Source of the DNA: an uncultured Acidobacteriota bacterium
GTDB lineage: Bacteria; Acidobacteriota; Polarisedimenticolia; J045
Direction of reading: 5' to 3'
Assembly: GCA_964582785.1 (NCBI GenBank)
Contig: CAZOTT010000001.1
Coordinates: 15,007-79,006 of the forward strand
Length of the DNA stretch: 64,000 nt
Part shown: positions 15,120 to 24,371 of the stretch, one piece after another
Numbering within the stretch: position 1 is the first letter of the stretch
Layout: each line of letters opens with the position of its first letter
Position numbers and translations under genes: made by a program
Notes under the pieces: generated by a model
What the model saw: the letters and a program-made list of their open reading frames with translations, nothing else
Told to the model about the DNA's origin: nothing
Databases searched by the model: none

Positions 15120-17918
15120 ATGGGAGCGCCACGCACGTCTCGCCTGCCGGCCATCCTCCTCCTCGTTCTCGGTTCCCTGGTGGCCTTTCCACCGGCCGCC
15201 CGGGGCCAGGACGCCGACGAATGCCTTTCCTGCCACGAGGACCCGGACCTGACCGGCGAACGGGACGGGAAGGAGATCCCGGTCCACGTGGACCCGGATG
15301 CCTTCCGGGAGTCCGTCCACGGGGACCTCGCCTGCGTGGCGTGCCACCGGGACCTCGAGGGAACGGACTACCCGCACCGGGAGTCCACCGCTCCCGTCGA
15401 CTGCGGCCCGTGCCACGACGAGCAGGCGGAGGAGTACCGGCAGACGATCCACGGGATCCGGGCGGCGAAGGGAGACCGGCTGGCGCCCACCTGCGCCACC
15501 TGCCACGGCAGGCACGACATCCTTCCCGCGAGCAACCCCCGCTCCCGCACCGCGATCATGAACATCCCCCTCCTGTGCGGGGAGTGTCACCACGAGGGCA
15601 GTCCCGTCTCCCGCACCCACGACATTCCCGAGGAACGGATCCTGGAGAACTACTCCCAGTCGATCCACGGCGAGGGGCTCTTCCGCAAGGGCCTCACGGT
15701 GACGGCGGTCTGCACCTCCTGCCATACCTCCCACCGGATCCTGCCCCACACGGACCCCCGGTCCTCCATCCATCCGCACAACGTGGCGCGGACCTGCACG
15801 AAGTGCCACGCCCGGATCGAGGACGTCCACAAGAAGGTGATCGAGGGGCGGCTGTGGGAAGAGGCCCCGCACAAGATTCCCGCCTGCACGGACTGCCACT
15901 CTCCCCACAGGATCCGCAAGCCGAGTCCCGTCCAGGGCGCCGCCAACCGGGACTGCTTCCGCTGCCACTCGAACCGCGACCTGTACATGGTCCGGAACGG
16001 GGAGCGGATCTCCCTGTACGTGGACGAGGCCGCCTGGAACGCCTCCCGCCACTCGGGGGTGGCCTGCGCCCAGTGCCACACCGAGGTGAACTCGGCGGCG
16101 AAGCGGCCCTGCTCGACGATCCGCTCACCGGTGGACTGCTCGATCTGCCATGCCGAGGTGGTCCGCCAGTACGAGGAAAGCGCCCACGGCCGGCTCGCGG
16201 CGAGCGGCGATCCCGATGCGCCCCGGTGCCTGACCTGCCACGATCCCCACGCGACGGAGGGACAGCACGTCCCCACTTCCAATACCTACCCGCGGAACGT
16301 CCCGGACCTCTGCGGCAGGTGCCACGCCCGGGGCGGGGTCGCCGACCGTCGCCTCCGCACCCCGATCGACATCGTGGCCAGCTACCGGCAGTCGATCCAC
16401 GGCAAGGGCCTGCTGGAAAGCGGCCTCGTCGTCACGGCGACCTGTACCGACTGCCACACGGCGCACCACGTTCTCCCCCCGGACGACCCGGACTCCTCGG
16501 TGAACCCGTCCCTGGTGGCGGACACCTGCGGCAACTGCCACCGGGGGATCGAGGAGGCCTTCCGCCGCTCGGTCCACTGGCCCGGCAACACCCGGACCGA
16601 CCGCCGGCTTCCCACCTGCGAGGACTGCCACACCTCCCACCAGATCGCCCGGACCGACAGGCCCGGTTTCCGCACCTGGATGATGGAGCAGTGCGGCAAC
16701 TGCCACCACGACGAGGCCGACACCTTCTTCGAAACGCCCCACGGCAAGGCGTCCCAGCTCGGCGACGAGCGGGTGGCCAAGTGCTTCGACTGCCACGGCA
16801 CCCACGACATCCTGCCGGTGGACGATCCCCGCTCCACCCTCAGCCCGACCCACGTCGTCCAGACCTGCCGCAAGTGCCACGAGGGAGCCCACCTACGGTT
16901 CGCCGGCTACCTGAGCCACGCCACCCACCACGACCCGAAGAAGTATCCCTGGCTGTTCTGGACCTTCTGGGGCATGACCTCGCTGCTGGTCGGGACCCTG
17001 GTGTTCTTCTCTCTCCACACGGTCCTGTGGCTGTGGCGTCTCTGGCGGACCCGGGAGCAGTGGCGCCCGCTGAAGGCCCGGGCGGCCCGGGCGACGAAGT
17101 TCTACCGCCGGTTCGACGCCCGCCAGCGGGCGATGCACCTGGTGATGATGCTCAGCTTCTTCACCCTGGCCGTCACCGGGATGACGCTGAAGTTCTCCTA
17201 CATGACCTGGGCCCAGGTCCTCTCGCGGCTGCTCGGCGGCTTCGAGGTGACCTCGGTGCTGCACCGGATCGCGGCGGTCGTCCTGATCTCGGACTTCCTC
17301 TACCACCTCCACGACCTGAACCGCCGGCGGCGGGAGGAGGGCAGGAGCTGGCTCCAGCTCGTCTTCGGACCGGGCTCGATGATGTTCACCGTGAAGGATA
17401 TCCGGGACTTCATCGGCACGGTGAAATGGTTCCTGGGAGCGGGCCCGCGACCGCGGTACGGCCGGTTCACCTACTGGGAGAAGTTCGACTACTTCGCCGT
17501 GTTCTGGGGCGTGTTCGTCATCGGCTCCACCGGGCTGATCCTCTGGTTCCCGGAGTTCTTCACCCGCTTCCTGCCCGGGTGGGCGGTGAACGTGGCGACG
17601 ATCATCCACTCCGACGAGGCCCTGCTGGCGGTCGGGTTCATCTTCACCATCCACTTCTTCAACACGCATTTCCGGCCGGACAAGTTCCCGATGGACCCCG
17701 TCATCTTCACCGGGCGCGTCCCCCTCGAGGAGCTGCGGCACGACAAGCCGGAGGAGTACGAGGAGGCGAAGGCCCGCGGCACGCTGGAAGAACGCCTCGT
17801 CGACCCGATCCCGGCGCCGGTGGAGCGGGCGTTCCGCGTCTTCGGCTTCACGATGCTCGGCATCGGCCTCGTCCTGATCGCGTTCATCGTCTACACGATG
17901 CTGTTCGGCTACCGCTGA
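15120..17918 (+). CDS. Giant CbcL-like fusion (932 aa). Periplasmic cytochrome c domain with 19 CXXCH motifs fused to a C-terminal FdnI/HydC-type cytochrome b membrane domain.
   Basis: Signal peptide MGAPRTSRLPAILLLVLGSLVAF. 19 CXXCH motifs counted (CLSCHE ... CRKCHE). The C-terminal TM domain with conserved His (HLVMMLSFFTLAV, HRIAAVVLISDFLYHLH, HSDEALLAVGFIFTIHFF) is homologous to the C-terminus of the 5538..7595 gene. Confidence 0.85.
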   Translation: MGAPRTSRLPAILLLVLGSLVAFPPAARGQDADECLSCHEDPDLTGERDGKEIPVHVDPDAFRESVHGDLACVACHRDLEGTDYPHRESTAPVDCGPCHDEQAEEYRQTIHGIRAAKGDRLAPTCATCHGRHDILPASNPRSRTAIMNIPLLCGECHHEGSPVSRTHDIPEERILENYSQSIHGEGLFRKGLTVTAVCTSCHTSHRILPHTDPRSSIHPHNVARTCTKCHARIEDVHKKVIEGRLWEEAPHKIPACTDCHSPHRIRKPSPVQGAANRDCFRCHSNRDLYMVRNGERISLYVDEAAWNASRHSGVACAQCHTEVNSAAKRPCSTIRSPVDCSICHAEVVRQYEESAHGRLAASGDPDAPRCLTCHDPHATEGQHVPTSNTYPRNVPDLCGRCHARGGVADRRLRTPIDIVASYRQSIHGKGLLESGLVVTATCTDCHTAHHVLPPDDPDSSVNPSLVADTCGNCHRGIEEAFRRSVHWPGNTRTDRRLPTCEDCHTSHQIARTDRPGFRTWMMEQCGNCHHDEADTFFETPHGKASQLGDERVAKCFDCHGTHDILPVDDPRSTLSPTHVVQTCRKCHEGAHLRFAGYLSHATHHDPKKYPWLFWTFWGMTSLLVGTLVFFSLHTVLWLWRLWRTREQWRPLKARAARATKFYRRFDARQRAMHLVMMLSFFTLAVTGMTLKFSYMTWAQVLSRLLGGFEVTSVLHRIAAVVLISDFLYHLHDLNRRRREEGRSWLQLVFGPGSMMFTVKDIRDFIGTVKWFLGAGPRPRYGRFTYWEKFDYFAVFWGVFVIGSTGLILWFPEFFTRFLPGWAVNVATIIHSDEALLAVGFIFTIHFFNTHFRPDKFPMDPVIFTGRVPLEELRHDKPEEYEEAKARGTLEERLVDPIPAPVERAFRVFGFTMLGIGLVLIAFIVYTMLFGYR

Positions 17919-17927
17919 GGCGGCGGG

Positions 17928-18680
17928 TCACCGGCGGCGCCCCCGCGGGGGCGCCGCCTCCCCCGGGGGCAGCGTCCGGACCCGGAGGCGGTGGGTCTCC
18001 CGGGAACCGAGGAGCCGCAACCGCTCCCGCAACAGCCGCCCCGCCTCCCGGGCCGGGGGCAGCGCCTCTCCACCGAGGAGGACGCGGTTCTCCCACAGCT
18101 CGAATTCCACCAGCAGGCGGGCGGGATAGTGGGCGCCGGCCGCGGCGGCGATCTCCCCCCACCCCATCCCCGGCACCGGGAGCAGGTTGACCACGGCGAC
18201 CCCCCCGGGGGCGAGGCGGCGCGGGATCAGTTCCGGGAGCCCGTCCAGGCTGACGGGCGGCTTCGTACCACCCTCGACCCCGGGAACCGACAGGTCCTCC
18301 AGGATCGCGTCGAAGCGGCGGCGGCGGCGGACCAGCCAGTCCAGGGCATCCCCCTGCTCGACCCGAACCCGGCCGGCCCAGGAACCGCACAGCTCCCGGA
18401 AGAGAGCGACCCCGCCGAGATCCAGGTCCACCGCCTCCACCGGGTGGCTCCACCCGAGGCCCCGCAGCGGCGCCAGGACACCCCCGGCCGCGAAGCCGAG
18501 CAGGGCCAGCCGGGGACCCGGCGCCAGGGCCACCACCGCCGCGGCGAGCAGGTCGAACAGGTCGTGGGTCGGCCCGGGGGCGCAACGAACCTCCGAGAGC
18601 ACGACGTCCGCCTGGACGAGGCGGGCTCCCCCGGGAAACCGCTCGACGCGCGGTCGTCCCCCGGGCCCGGGCGCGCCCAC
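17928..18680 (-). CDS. Spermidine-synthase-like class I SAM-dependent methyltransferase.
   Basis: ...ALLGFAAGGVLAPLRGLGW...EAVDLD...RFDAILEDLSVPG. Located downstream of the OPT transporter on the same strand. Confidence 0.55.
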   Translation of the reverse strand: MGAPGPGGRPRVERFPGGARLVQADVVLSEVRCAPGPTHDLFDLLAAAVVALAPGPRLALLGFAAGGVLAPLRGLGWSHPVEAVDLDLGGVALFRELCGSWAGRVRVEQGDALDWLVRRRRRFDAILEDLSVPGVEGGTKPPVSLDGLPELIPRRLAPGGVAVVNLLPVPGMGWGEIAAAAGAHYPARLLVEFELWENRVLLGGEALPPAREAGRLLRERLRLLGSRETHRLRVRTLPPGEAAPPRGRRR

Positions 18681-18687
18681 GCGGGCC

Positions 18688-20799
18688 TCAGTCCCGCCCG
18701 GCCCGGGCTTCCTCCTCCGCCTGGAGGCGCGCCCCGTGGCGGGCGATGGCCCGGCAGAGGAGCCCGAGACCGAGGAACGCGAGGAGGCCGGCGAGCTGCC
18801 CCCCGAACCCCTCGTAGAAGGCCGTCCACCCGCCTCCTTCCCCGGCGCGGTGCACCAGGTCGATCAGCTTCATCGGGGGCTCCGACAGGCCGAGCATCTT
18901 CCACTGGGGCAGGAGGAAGATCGCGCCCACGGTGCCGACGATCGCGGCGCCGGCCATGAGCCCCGACGCGATCAGCGTGCCCTGGTCGCGCAGGCGCTCC
19001 CGCTCCCGCTCGTCCCGGCCGGTCCGCTCGATCCACCAGCCGAAGCCCGCTCCCGCGTAGACCGCCATGTTGATCTCGATCGGCAGGTACATCCCGAGGG
19101 CGAAGGCGAGGGCGGGAACCCGGGCCATCTCCAGCAGGATCGCCACCAGCCCGCCCATCGCGTAGAGGAACAGGGGCTGCTCCTTCCCCCCCATCAGGCC
19201 CCCGACGATCGCCGCCATCAGGTTGCCCTGGGGCGCGGGTACCGGGTGCGGGTGCCCGGGGCCGGCGACGAACCCGTACGAGTTGGCGATCACCCAGATG
19301 ACGATCCCCACGGCGAAGGAGGCGACGACGATCCCGAGAAACTTCCAGCGTTCCTGGGACCGCGGGGTGGAGCCGAACCAGTAGCCGATCTTCAGGTCGG
19401 ACACGAACGCCCCGGACGTCGCGAGGGCGGTGCAGACGGCGCAGCCGATGATCAGGGCGATGGTCTGGCCGAGCCGGCCGCGGGCGAGGCCGCTGCGGAA
19501 CAGGATGACCGAGGCCAGGATCAGGGTGATCAGGGTCATCCCGGACACCGGGTTCGTCCCGACGATCGCGATCGCCCGGGCCGCCACGGGCGTGAAGAGG
19601 AAGGCGAGCAGCCCGGTGATCGCCGCCCCGATCAGCGCGGTGGCCAGGTTCCCCGAGACCCACCAGAACAGGAGGAACATCGCCACGACCGACCCGGCCT
19701 CGATCAGCAGGATGTTCCGGGGGGAGATGTCCAGATCGGTCCGCTCGACGTCTCCCTCGTCGGCCGCGCCGCCGGTGAAACCCCGGAAGGCCAGGGAGAG
19801 GGAGGAGAGGATGATCTTCCCCATCTTCACGATCCCGATCAGCCCGGAAACGGCGATCGCGCCGACGCCGATCGGCCGCACGTACAGCCGGAAGATCTCG
19901 CCGGCCGACATGTCCCGGACCAGGTGCGTGGTCTCCGGGGGAACCAGGGGCACGGGCAGGCCGTGCCCGACCAGGTAGACCAGGGGAATGATGACGAGGA
20001 ACGAGAGAACCGATCCGGCGGCGATCACCCCCGCGTAGCGCGGCCCGATGATGTAACCGAGGCCGAAGTAGACCGCCGTCGCGTTCAGGTTCAGCTCGAT
20101 GCGGCGGTCGGCGAGGAAGCGGCCGAAGCGCCCGAACAGGACCCGGGAACCCAGCTCGCCGTTCCACAGGTGGACGAACTCCGCGACCAGGTCGTAGAGA
20201 AACCCGATGCCGAACGACCAGAGAAGAATCTTCCCGCCGGCCCCCTTCGTCCGTTCCCCCGAGGCGAGCACGTTGGCGATCGCCGTCGCCTCGGGGAAGG
20301 GCAGCTGCCCGTGGAGGTCCCGGACGAAGTAGCGCCGCAGGGGGATCAGCAGGACGACCCCCAGGAAACCGCCCAGCAGGCAGGAGAGGAACACCTGCCA
20401 GAACGACGGGTGCAGGTCGTTGATGTAGAGGGCGGGGATGGTGAAGATCGCCCCGGCGACCACCACCCCGGCCGCCTGACCGATCGACTGGACGATCACG
20501 TTCTCGAGGATCGTGCTGCGCCGGCCCGCCAGCCGGGGCAGGAGGCTGTTGCCGAGGAAGACGGCCAGGATCGAGATCGGGATGGCCGCCTCGATGACGT
20601 TCCCGGTCATCAGCCCGATGTAGGCGGCGGCGAAGGTGAAGACCAGGACCATCACGAGCCCGAGTCCCACCGACCAGGGAGTGACCTCGGGAATCACCTT
20701 CCCCGCGGGAACGACCGGTTCCCAGGTCTCGCCCGGTTTCAGCTCGCGGAAGGCGTTCGAGGGAAGGACCTTGGTCGAGGCGTCGTTGCCGTGCTCCAC
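18688..20799 (-). CDS. OPT-family oligopeptide transporter (703 aa, polytopic membrane protein).
   Basis: Long, uniformly hydrophobic ORF. Characteristic OPT segments (VGLGLVMVLVFTFAAAYIGLMTGNVIEAAIPISILAVF...; NPVSGMTLITLI...). Confidence 0.8.
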   Translation of the reverse strand: MEHGNDASTKVLPSNAFRELKPGETWEPVVPAGKVIPEVTPWSVGLGLVMVLVFTFAAAYIGLMTGNVIEAAIPISILAVFLGNSLLPRLAGRRSTILENVIVQSIGQAAGVVVAGAIFTIPALYINDLHPSFWQVFLSCLLGGFLGVVLLIPLRRYFVRDLHGQLPFPEATAIANVLASGERTKGAGGKILLWSFGIGFLYDLVAEFVHLWNGELGSRVLFGRFGRFLADRRIELNLNATAVYFGLGYIIGPRYAGVIAAGSVLSFLVIIPLVYLVGHGLPVPLVPPETTHLVRDMSAGEIFRLYVRPIGVGAIAVSGLIGIVKMGKIILSSLSLAFRGFTGGAADEGDVERTDLDISPRNILLIEAGSVVAMFLLFWWVSGNLATALIGAAITGLLAFLFTPVAARAIAIVGTNPVSGMTLITLILASVILFRSGLARGRLGQTIALIIGCAVCTALATSGAFVSDLKIGYWFGSTPRSQERWKFLGIVVASFAVGIVIWVIANSYGFVAGPGHPHPVPAPQGNLMAAIVGGLMGGKEQPLFLYAMGGLVAILLEMARVPALAFALGMYLPIEINMAVYAGAGFGWWIERTGRDERERERLRDQGTLIASGLMAGAAIVGTVGAIFLLPQWKMLGLSEPPMKLIDLVHRAGEGGGWTAFYEGFGGQLAGLLAFLGLGLLCRAIARHGARLQAEEEARAGRD

Positions 20800-20918
20800 G
20801 GGATCCGTCCTCCTCGCGCGGAATGCGCGTCGCGGAATCGTCGGGGATCGACCCCCGGCAGGTCAAGGGCCCCGGGGCGGCGCCCCGGGGCCCGCGGCCC
20901 GGTTCGGGCAGGCCTCCG

Positions 20919-22382
20919 TCAGGCCTCGGCCCGCGGCTCCTCCTGCCCGAGGTCGTCCCACCGCCCGGTGCGGAGGTACTCGTCGATCGCCAGGGCCGCC
21001 CGGCGCCCCGCGCCCGCGGCGAGGATCACGGTCGCTCCCCCGGTGACGATGTCGCCCCCGGCGAAGACCCCCTTCATCGTGGTCTTCCCCGTCTTCCGGT
21101 CGGCGACGATGGTTCCCCACTTCGTGTGCTCGATCGCGGGGGACGTCTTGCGGATCATCGGGTTGGCCCCGTTGCCGATCGCGATCACCGCCAGGTCGAG
21201 CTCGAGGACATGCTCCGAGCCCTCGATCGGCACCGGCCGGCGGCGCCCCGAGTCGTCCGGCTCCCCGAGTTCCATCTTCTGCAGCCGCGCCGCCCGGAGC
21301 CACCCGTTCTCGTCCCCGAGGAACTCGACCGGGTTCGTCAGGACGAGGAACTCGACCCCCTCTTCCTTCGCGTGCTTGATCTCCTCGTTCCGCGCCGGCA
21401 TCTCCGCCTCGGACCGGCGGTAGATGATCGCGGCCCGCTTCGCGCCCAGGCGCTTCGCCGTGCGGACCGCGTCCATCGCCGTGTTTCCGCCGCCGAAGAC
21501 CGCGACGTTCTTCCCCGCGATGTCCAGGACCGGGGTCTCGGCGTCCGGGCGGTAGGCCTTCATCAGGTTGACGCGGGTCAGGAACTCGTTCGCCGAGTAG
21601 ACGCCGACCAGGTTCTCGCCCGGGATCCCCATGAAGCGGGGCAGCCCGGCCCCGACGCCGAGGAAGACGGCGTCGAAACCACCGACCGTCAGCAGTTCCT
21701 CGACGGTGTCGGTCATCCCGATCACCGCGTCCGTGACGAACTCGACCCCGAGCTTCTTCAGCTGCTCGATCTCGGCGCGGACGATCTCCTTCGGCAGGCG
21801 GAACTCCGGGATCCCGTAGACCAGCACCCCCCCCAGCTCGTGGAGCGCCTCGAAGACGACCACCTCGTGGCCCATCTTCGCCAGGTCCGTCGCGCAGGAG
21901 AGGCCCGACGGCCCGGACCCGACGACCGCGACCCGCTTGCCGGTCTTCCGGGCGGGCGGCTCGGCCTTCATCAGGCCGTTCCTCCGCTCGTAGTCGGCGA
22001 CGAACCGTTCCAGGTGCCCGATCGCGACGGGGAGCGAGCGCTTGCCGACGATGCACTGGGCCTCGCACTGCTCCTCCTGGGGGCAGACCCGGCCGCAGAT
22101 CGCCGGCAGGGAGTTGTCCTCCTTGATCTTCTTCGCCGCCTCGTCGAAGCGCCGGTCGGCGATCAGCCCGATGAAGTCGCGGATCTTGATGTTGACCGGG
22201 CACCCCTCCTCGCACTTCGGCTTCGGGCACTGGAGGCAGCGGTCCGCCTCGCGGACCGCGAGGTCCTCGTCGAACCCCAGGTTGACCTCCTCGAAGTTGC
22301 AGGCCCGCACCTCGGGCGGCTGCTCCGGCATCTCCTGGCGGGGAATCTGGAACCGCTCCTTCGCCGTCAGCTTCCTCGGCAT
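20919..22382 (-). CDS. nfnB: NADPH-dependent glutamate-synthase-small-subunit-like oxidoreductase (NfnB/SudA/GltD family; 2x[4Fe-4S], FAD, NADPH).
   Basis: MPRKLTAKERFQ...CLQCPKPKCEEGCPVNIKI...ICGRVCPQEEQCEAQC...VAVVGSGPSGLSCA...VAVFGGGNTAMD. Start overlaps the upstream gene's stop. Confidence 0.8.
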   Translation of the reverse strand: MPRKLTAKERFQIPRQEMPEQPPEVRACNFEEVNLGFDEDLAVREADRCLQCPKPKCEEGCPVNIKIRDFIGLIADRRFDEAAKKIKEDNSLPAICGRVCPQEEQCEAQCIVGKRSLPVAIGHLERFVADYERRNGLMKAEPPARKTGKRVAVVGSGPSGLSCATDLAKMGHEVVVFEALHELGGVLVYGIPEFRLPKEIVRAEIEQLKKLGVEFVTDAVIGMTDTVEELLTVGGFDAVFLGVGAGLPRFMGIPGENLVGVYSANEFLTRVNLMKAYRPDAETPVLDIAGKNVAVFGGGNTAMDAVRTAKRLGAKRAAIIYRRSEAEMPARNEEIKHAKEEGVEFLVLTNPVEFLGDENGWLRAARLQKMELGEPDDSGRRRPVPIEGSEHVLELDLAVIAIGNGANPMIRKTSPAIEHTKWGTIVADRKTGKTTMKGVFAGGDIVTGGATVILAAGAGRRAALAIDEYLRTGRWDDLGQEEPRAEA

Positions 22383-23266
22383 CACTCGCCCTCCCTCTCC
22401 AGGTCCCGCAGCCGCAGCTCGAGCCGGCACGGTTCCTCGCCCTGCCCCGCGAGGAACTCCTGCAGCTTCCGCTGCTCCCACTCGCGATAGGTCATGTTGC
22501 GCTTTGCGAGCAGGTCGAAGTCGACCTGGTGGCCGTCGAACTCCGGCCCGTCGACGCAGGCGAACAGGGTCCGGCCCCCGACCGTCACCCGGCACGCGCC
22601 GCACATCCCGGTGCCGTCGAGCATGATCGGGTTGAGGCTGACGACCGTCCTGATCCCGTGGGGGCGCGTGACCTCGGCGACCGCCTTCATCATCGGGATC
22701 GGGCCGATGGCGAGCACGAAGTCGAGCCTGCGTCCCCCGTCGATCAGCTGCTGGAGCTGCTGGGTGACGAAGCCGTGGAAGCCGTAGGAACCGTCGTCGG
22801 TGCAGGGATACACCTCGTCGGCGACGGCCCGCATCTCCTCCTCGAGGATGACGTATTCCCGGGTGCGGCCGCCGATGATGGAGATGACGTGGTTCCCCGC
22901 CCGCTTGAGGGCCACCGCGGTCGGCCAGGCGATCGCGGTTCCCACGCCACCGCCGATCGAGACGGCCGTGCCGAACTTCTCGATGTGCGAGGGAGTCCCC
23001 AGGGGCCCGGCCACGTCGTGGAGCGTGTCCCCCGCCTCCCGGGTGTTCATCAGCTTCGTGGTCTTGCCCACCCCCTGGACGATCAGGGTGATCCACCCCT
23101 CCCCGGCGTCCGAGTCGGCGATCGTCAGGGGGATCCGCTCCCCGTCCTCCGTCACCCGGACGATCACGAACTGGCCCGCCTTCCGCTTCGCCGCGATCTT
23201 GGGCGCCTCGATGCGGAACAGCTTGACGTCCGGCGCGAGGAACCTCGCCTCCAGGATGCGAAACAT
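22382..23266 (-). CDS. nfnA: PyrK-like FAD/[2Fe-2S] ferredoxin-NADP+ reductase subunit (NfnA/SudB).
   Basis: MFRILEARFLAPDVKLFRIEAPKIA...GQFVIVRV...SIGGGVGTAI...CGACRVTVGGRTLFACVDGPEF. Operon partner of the GltD-like gene. Confidence 0.75.
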   Translation of the reverse strand: MFRILEARFLAPDVKLFRIEAPKIAAKRKAGQFVIVRVTEDGERIPLTIADSDAGEGWITLIVQGVGKTTKLMNTREAGDTLHDVAGPLGTPSHIEKFGTAVSIGGGVGTAIAWPTAVALKRAGNHVISIIGGRTREYVILEEEMRAVADEVYPCTDDGSYGFHGFVTQQLQQLIDGGRRLDFVLAIGPIPMMKAVAEVTRPHGIRTVVSLNPIMLDGTGMCGACRVTVGGRTLFACVDGPEFDGHQVDFDLLAKRNMTYREWEQRKLQEFLAGQGEEPCRLELRLRDLEREGE

Positions 23267-23377
23267 CGGTGGCCTCCTTCCGGTCGCGGGCGGCGCGCGC
23301 CGCCCTCCTGGCACCCGGCCCGGGCAGGGCCTGCTCCTCCCGGGCTTCCGGCCCCGGGTGGTCGGTTGACGAGCGGG

Positions 23378-24217
23378 TTAGTTTACCCCGGGAGGGCAGG
23401 GGTCGCCGTAGACGTCGGGCCGCCGCTGGCGGAGCACCGGCAGCGCCCGGCGCACCTCCTCGAGCCGGGCCGGGTCGACCTCCGCGGTCACCGTGGCCTC
23501 CTCCTGCCCCGCGGCCGCCAGGATGGCGCCCCAGGGATCGACGATCATCGAGTGGCCCCAGGCCGGGTACCTTCCGCGGGGATGGGGGGCGGGCGAACAG
23601 GAGGCGACAAAGATGGTGTTCTCGACGGCCCGGGCCCGGTTCAGGATTTCCCAGTGGGCCGGCCCCGTCGTCGTGTTGAACGCCCCGGGGAGCACCACCA
23701 GCTCGGCCCCGGCGAGGGCCATCGCCCGGAAGAGTTCCGGGAACCGGAGGTCGTAGCAGACGGCGAGGCCGATCGTCCCCAGGGCGGTGCGGGCCACCGA
23801 GACCCGGTTCCCCGCCGCCAGGACGGCCGACTCCCGGAACCGGATCCCTCCCGGGATGTCCACGTCGAACAGGTGGATCTTCCGGTGCCGGAGGACCATC
23901 CGGCCCGCCGGGTCCCACAGGGTGGCGGTGTTCCACACCCGGTCCCCCTCCCGCTCGGGGATCGAGCCGCCGACCAGGTGGATCCCCAGTTCCCGCGCCA
24001 GCCGGGAGCACAGCCGGCCCGAGGGCCCGTCCGGAAGGGGTTCCGCCAGCGCGTGGAAGCGGTCCGCCTCGTAGGGGCAGGAGAACATCTCCGGCAGGAC
24101 CACCAGCCGGGCGCCGGCCGCCGCGGCCCGGCGGACCTCTTCCTCGGCCCGGGCGTGGTTGGCGGCCCGGTCCGGGCCGACCGCCATCTGGACCAGCGTC
24201 ACGGCGAATCGTTCCAT
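23378..24217 (-). CDS. Carbon-nitrogen hydrolase family protein (nitrilase/omega-amidase-like).
   Basis: MERFAVTLVQMAVG...VVLPEMF...VGGSIPER...NTATLWDP...RKIHLFD...AVCYDLRFPELF. Confidence 0.75.
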   Translation of the reverse strand: MERFAVTLVQMAVGPDRAANHARAEEEVRRAAAAGARLVVLPEMFSCPYEADRFHALAEPLPDGPSGRLCSRLARELGIHLVGGSIPEREGDRVWNTATLWDPAGRMVLRHRKIHLFDVDIPGGIRFRESAVLAAGNRVSVARTALGTIGLAVCYDLRFPELFRAMALAGAELVVLPGAFNTTTGPAHWEILNRARAVENTIFVASCSPAPHPRGRYPAWGHSMIVDPWGAILAAAGQEEATVTAEVDPARLEEVRRALPVLRQRRPDVYGDPCPPGVN

Positions 24218-24371
24218 CGGCGCTCCTCCGACCGTTTGTCGTCCCGGGCGGACCGGCGGGCCCGGGGGCCCCCCGCCCGCCTTCCGCCCGGGCGGGGGGG
24301 CAGCCCTAGAATGACCGGGACCGGCCGCGCCGTCACCCGGGCGCGGCCCCGCGAGAAGGGAGACCGGCACC

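Noticed and set aside
23290-23345. sigma54-like TGGCAC element and a GGGCGGCGCGCGCCGCCC palindrome upstream of nfnA
   Set aside because: The TGGCAC is on the wrong strand for the minus-strand nfnAB genes and lacks a TTGC -12 element. The palindrome is probably just the terminator of the upstream C-N hydrolase gene.
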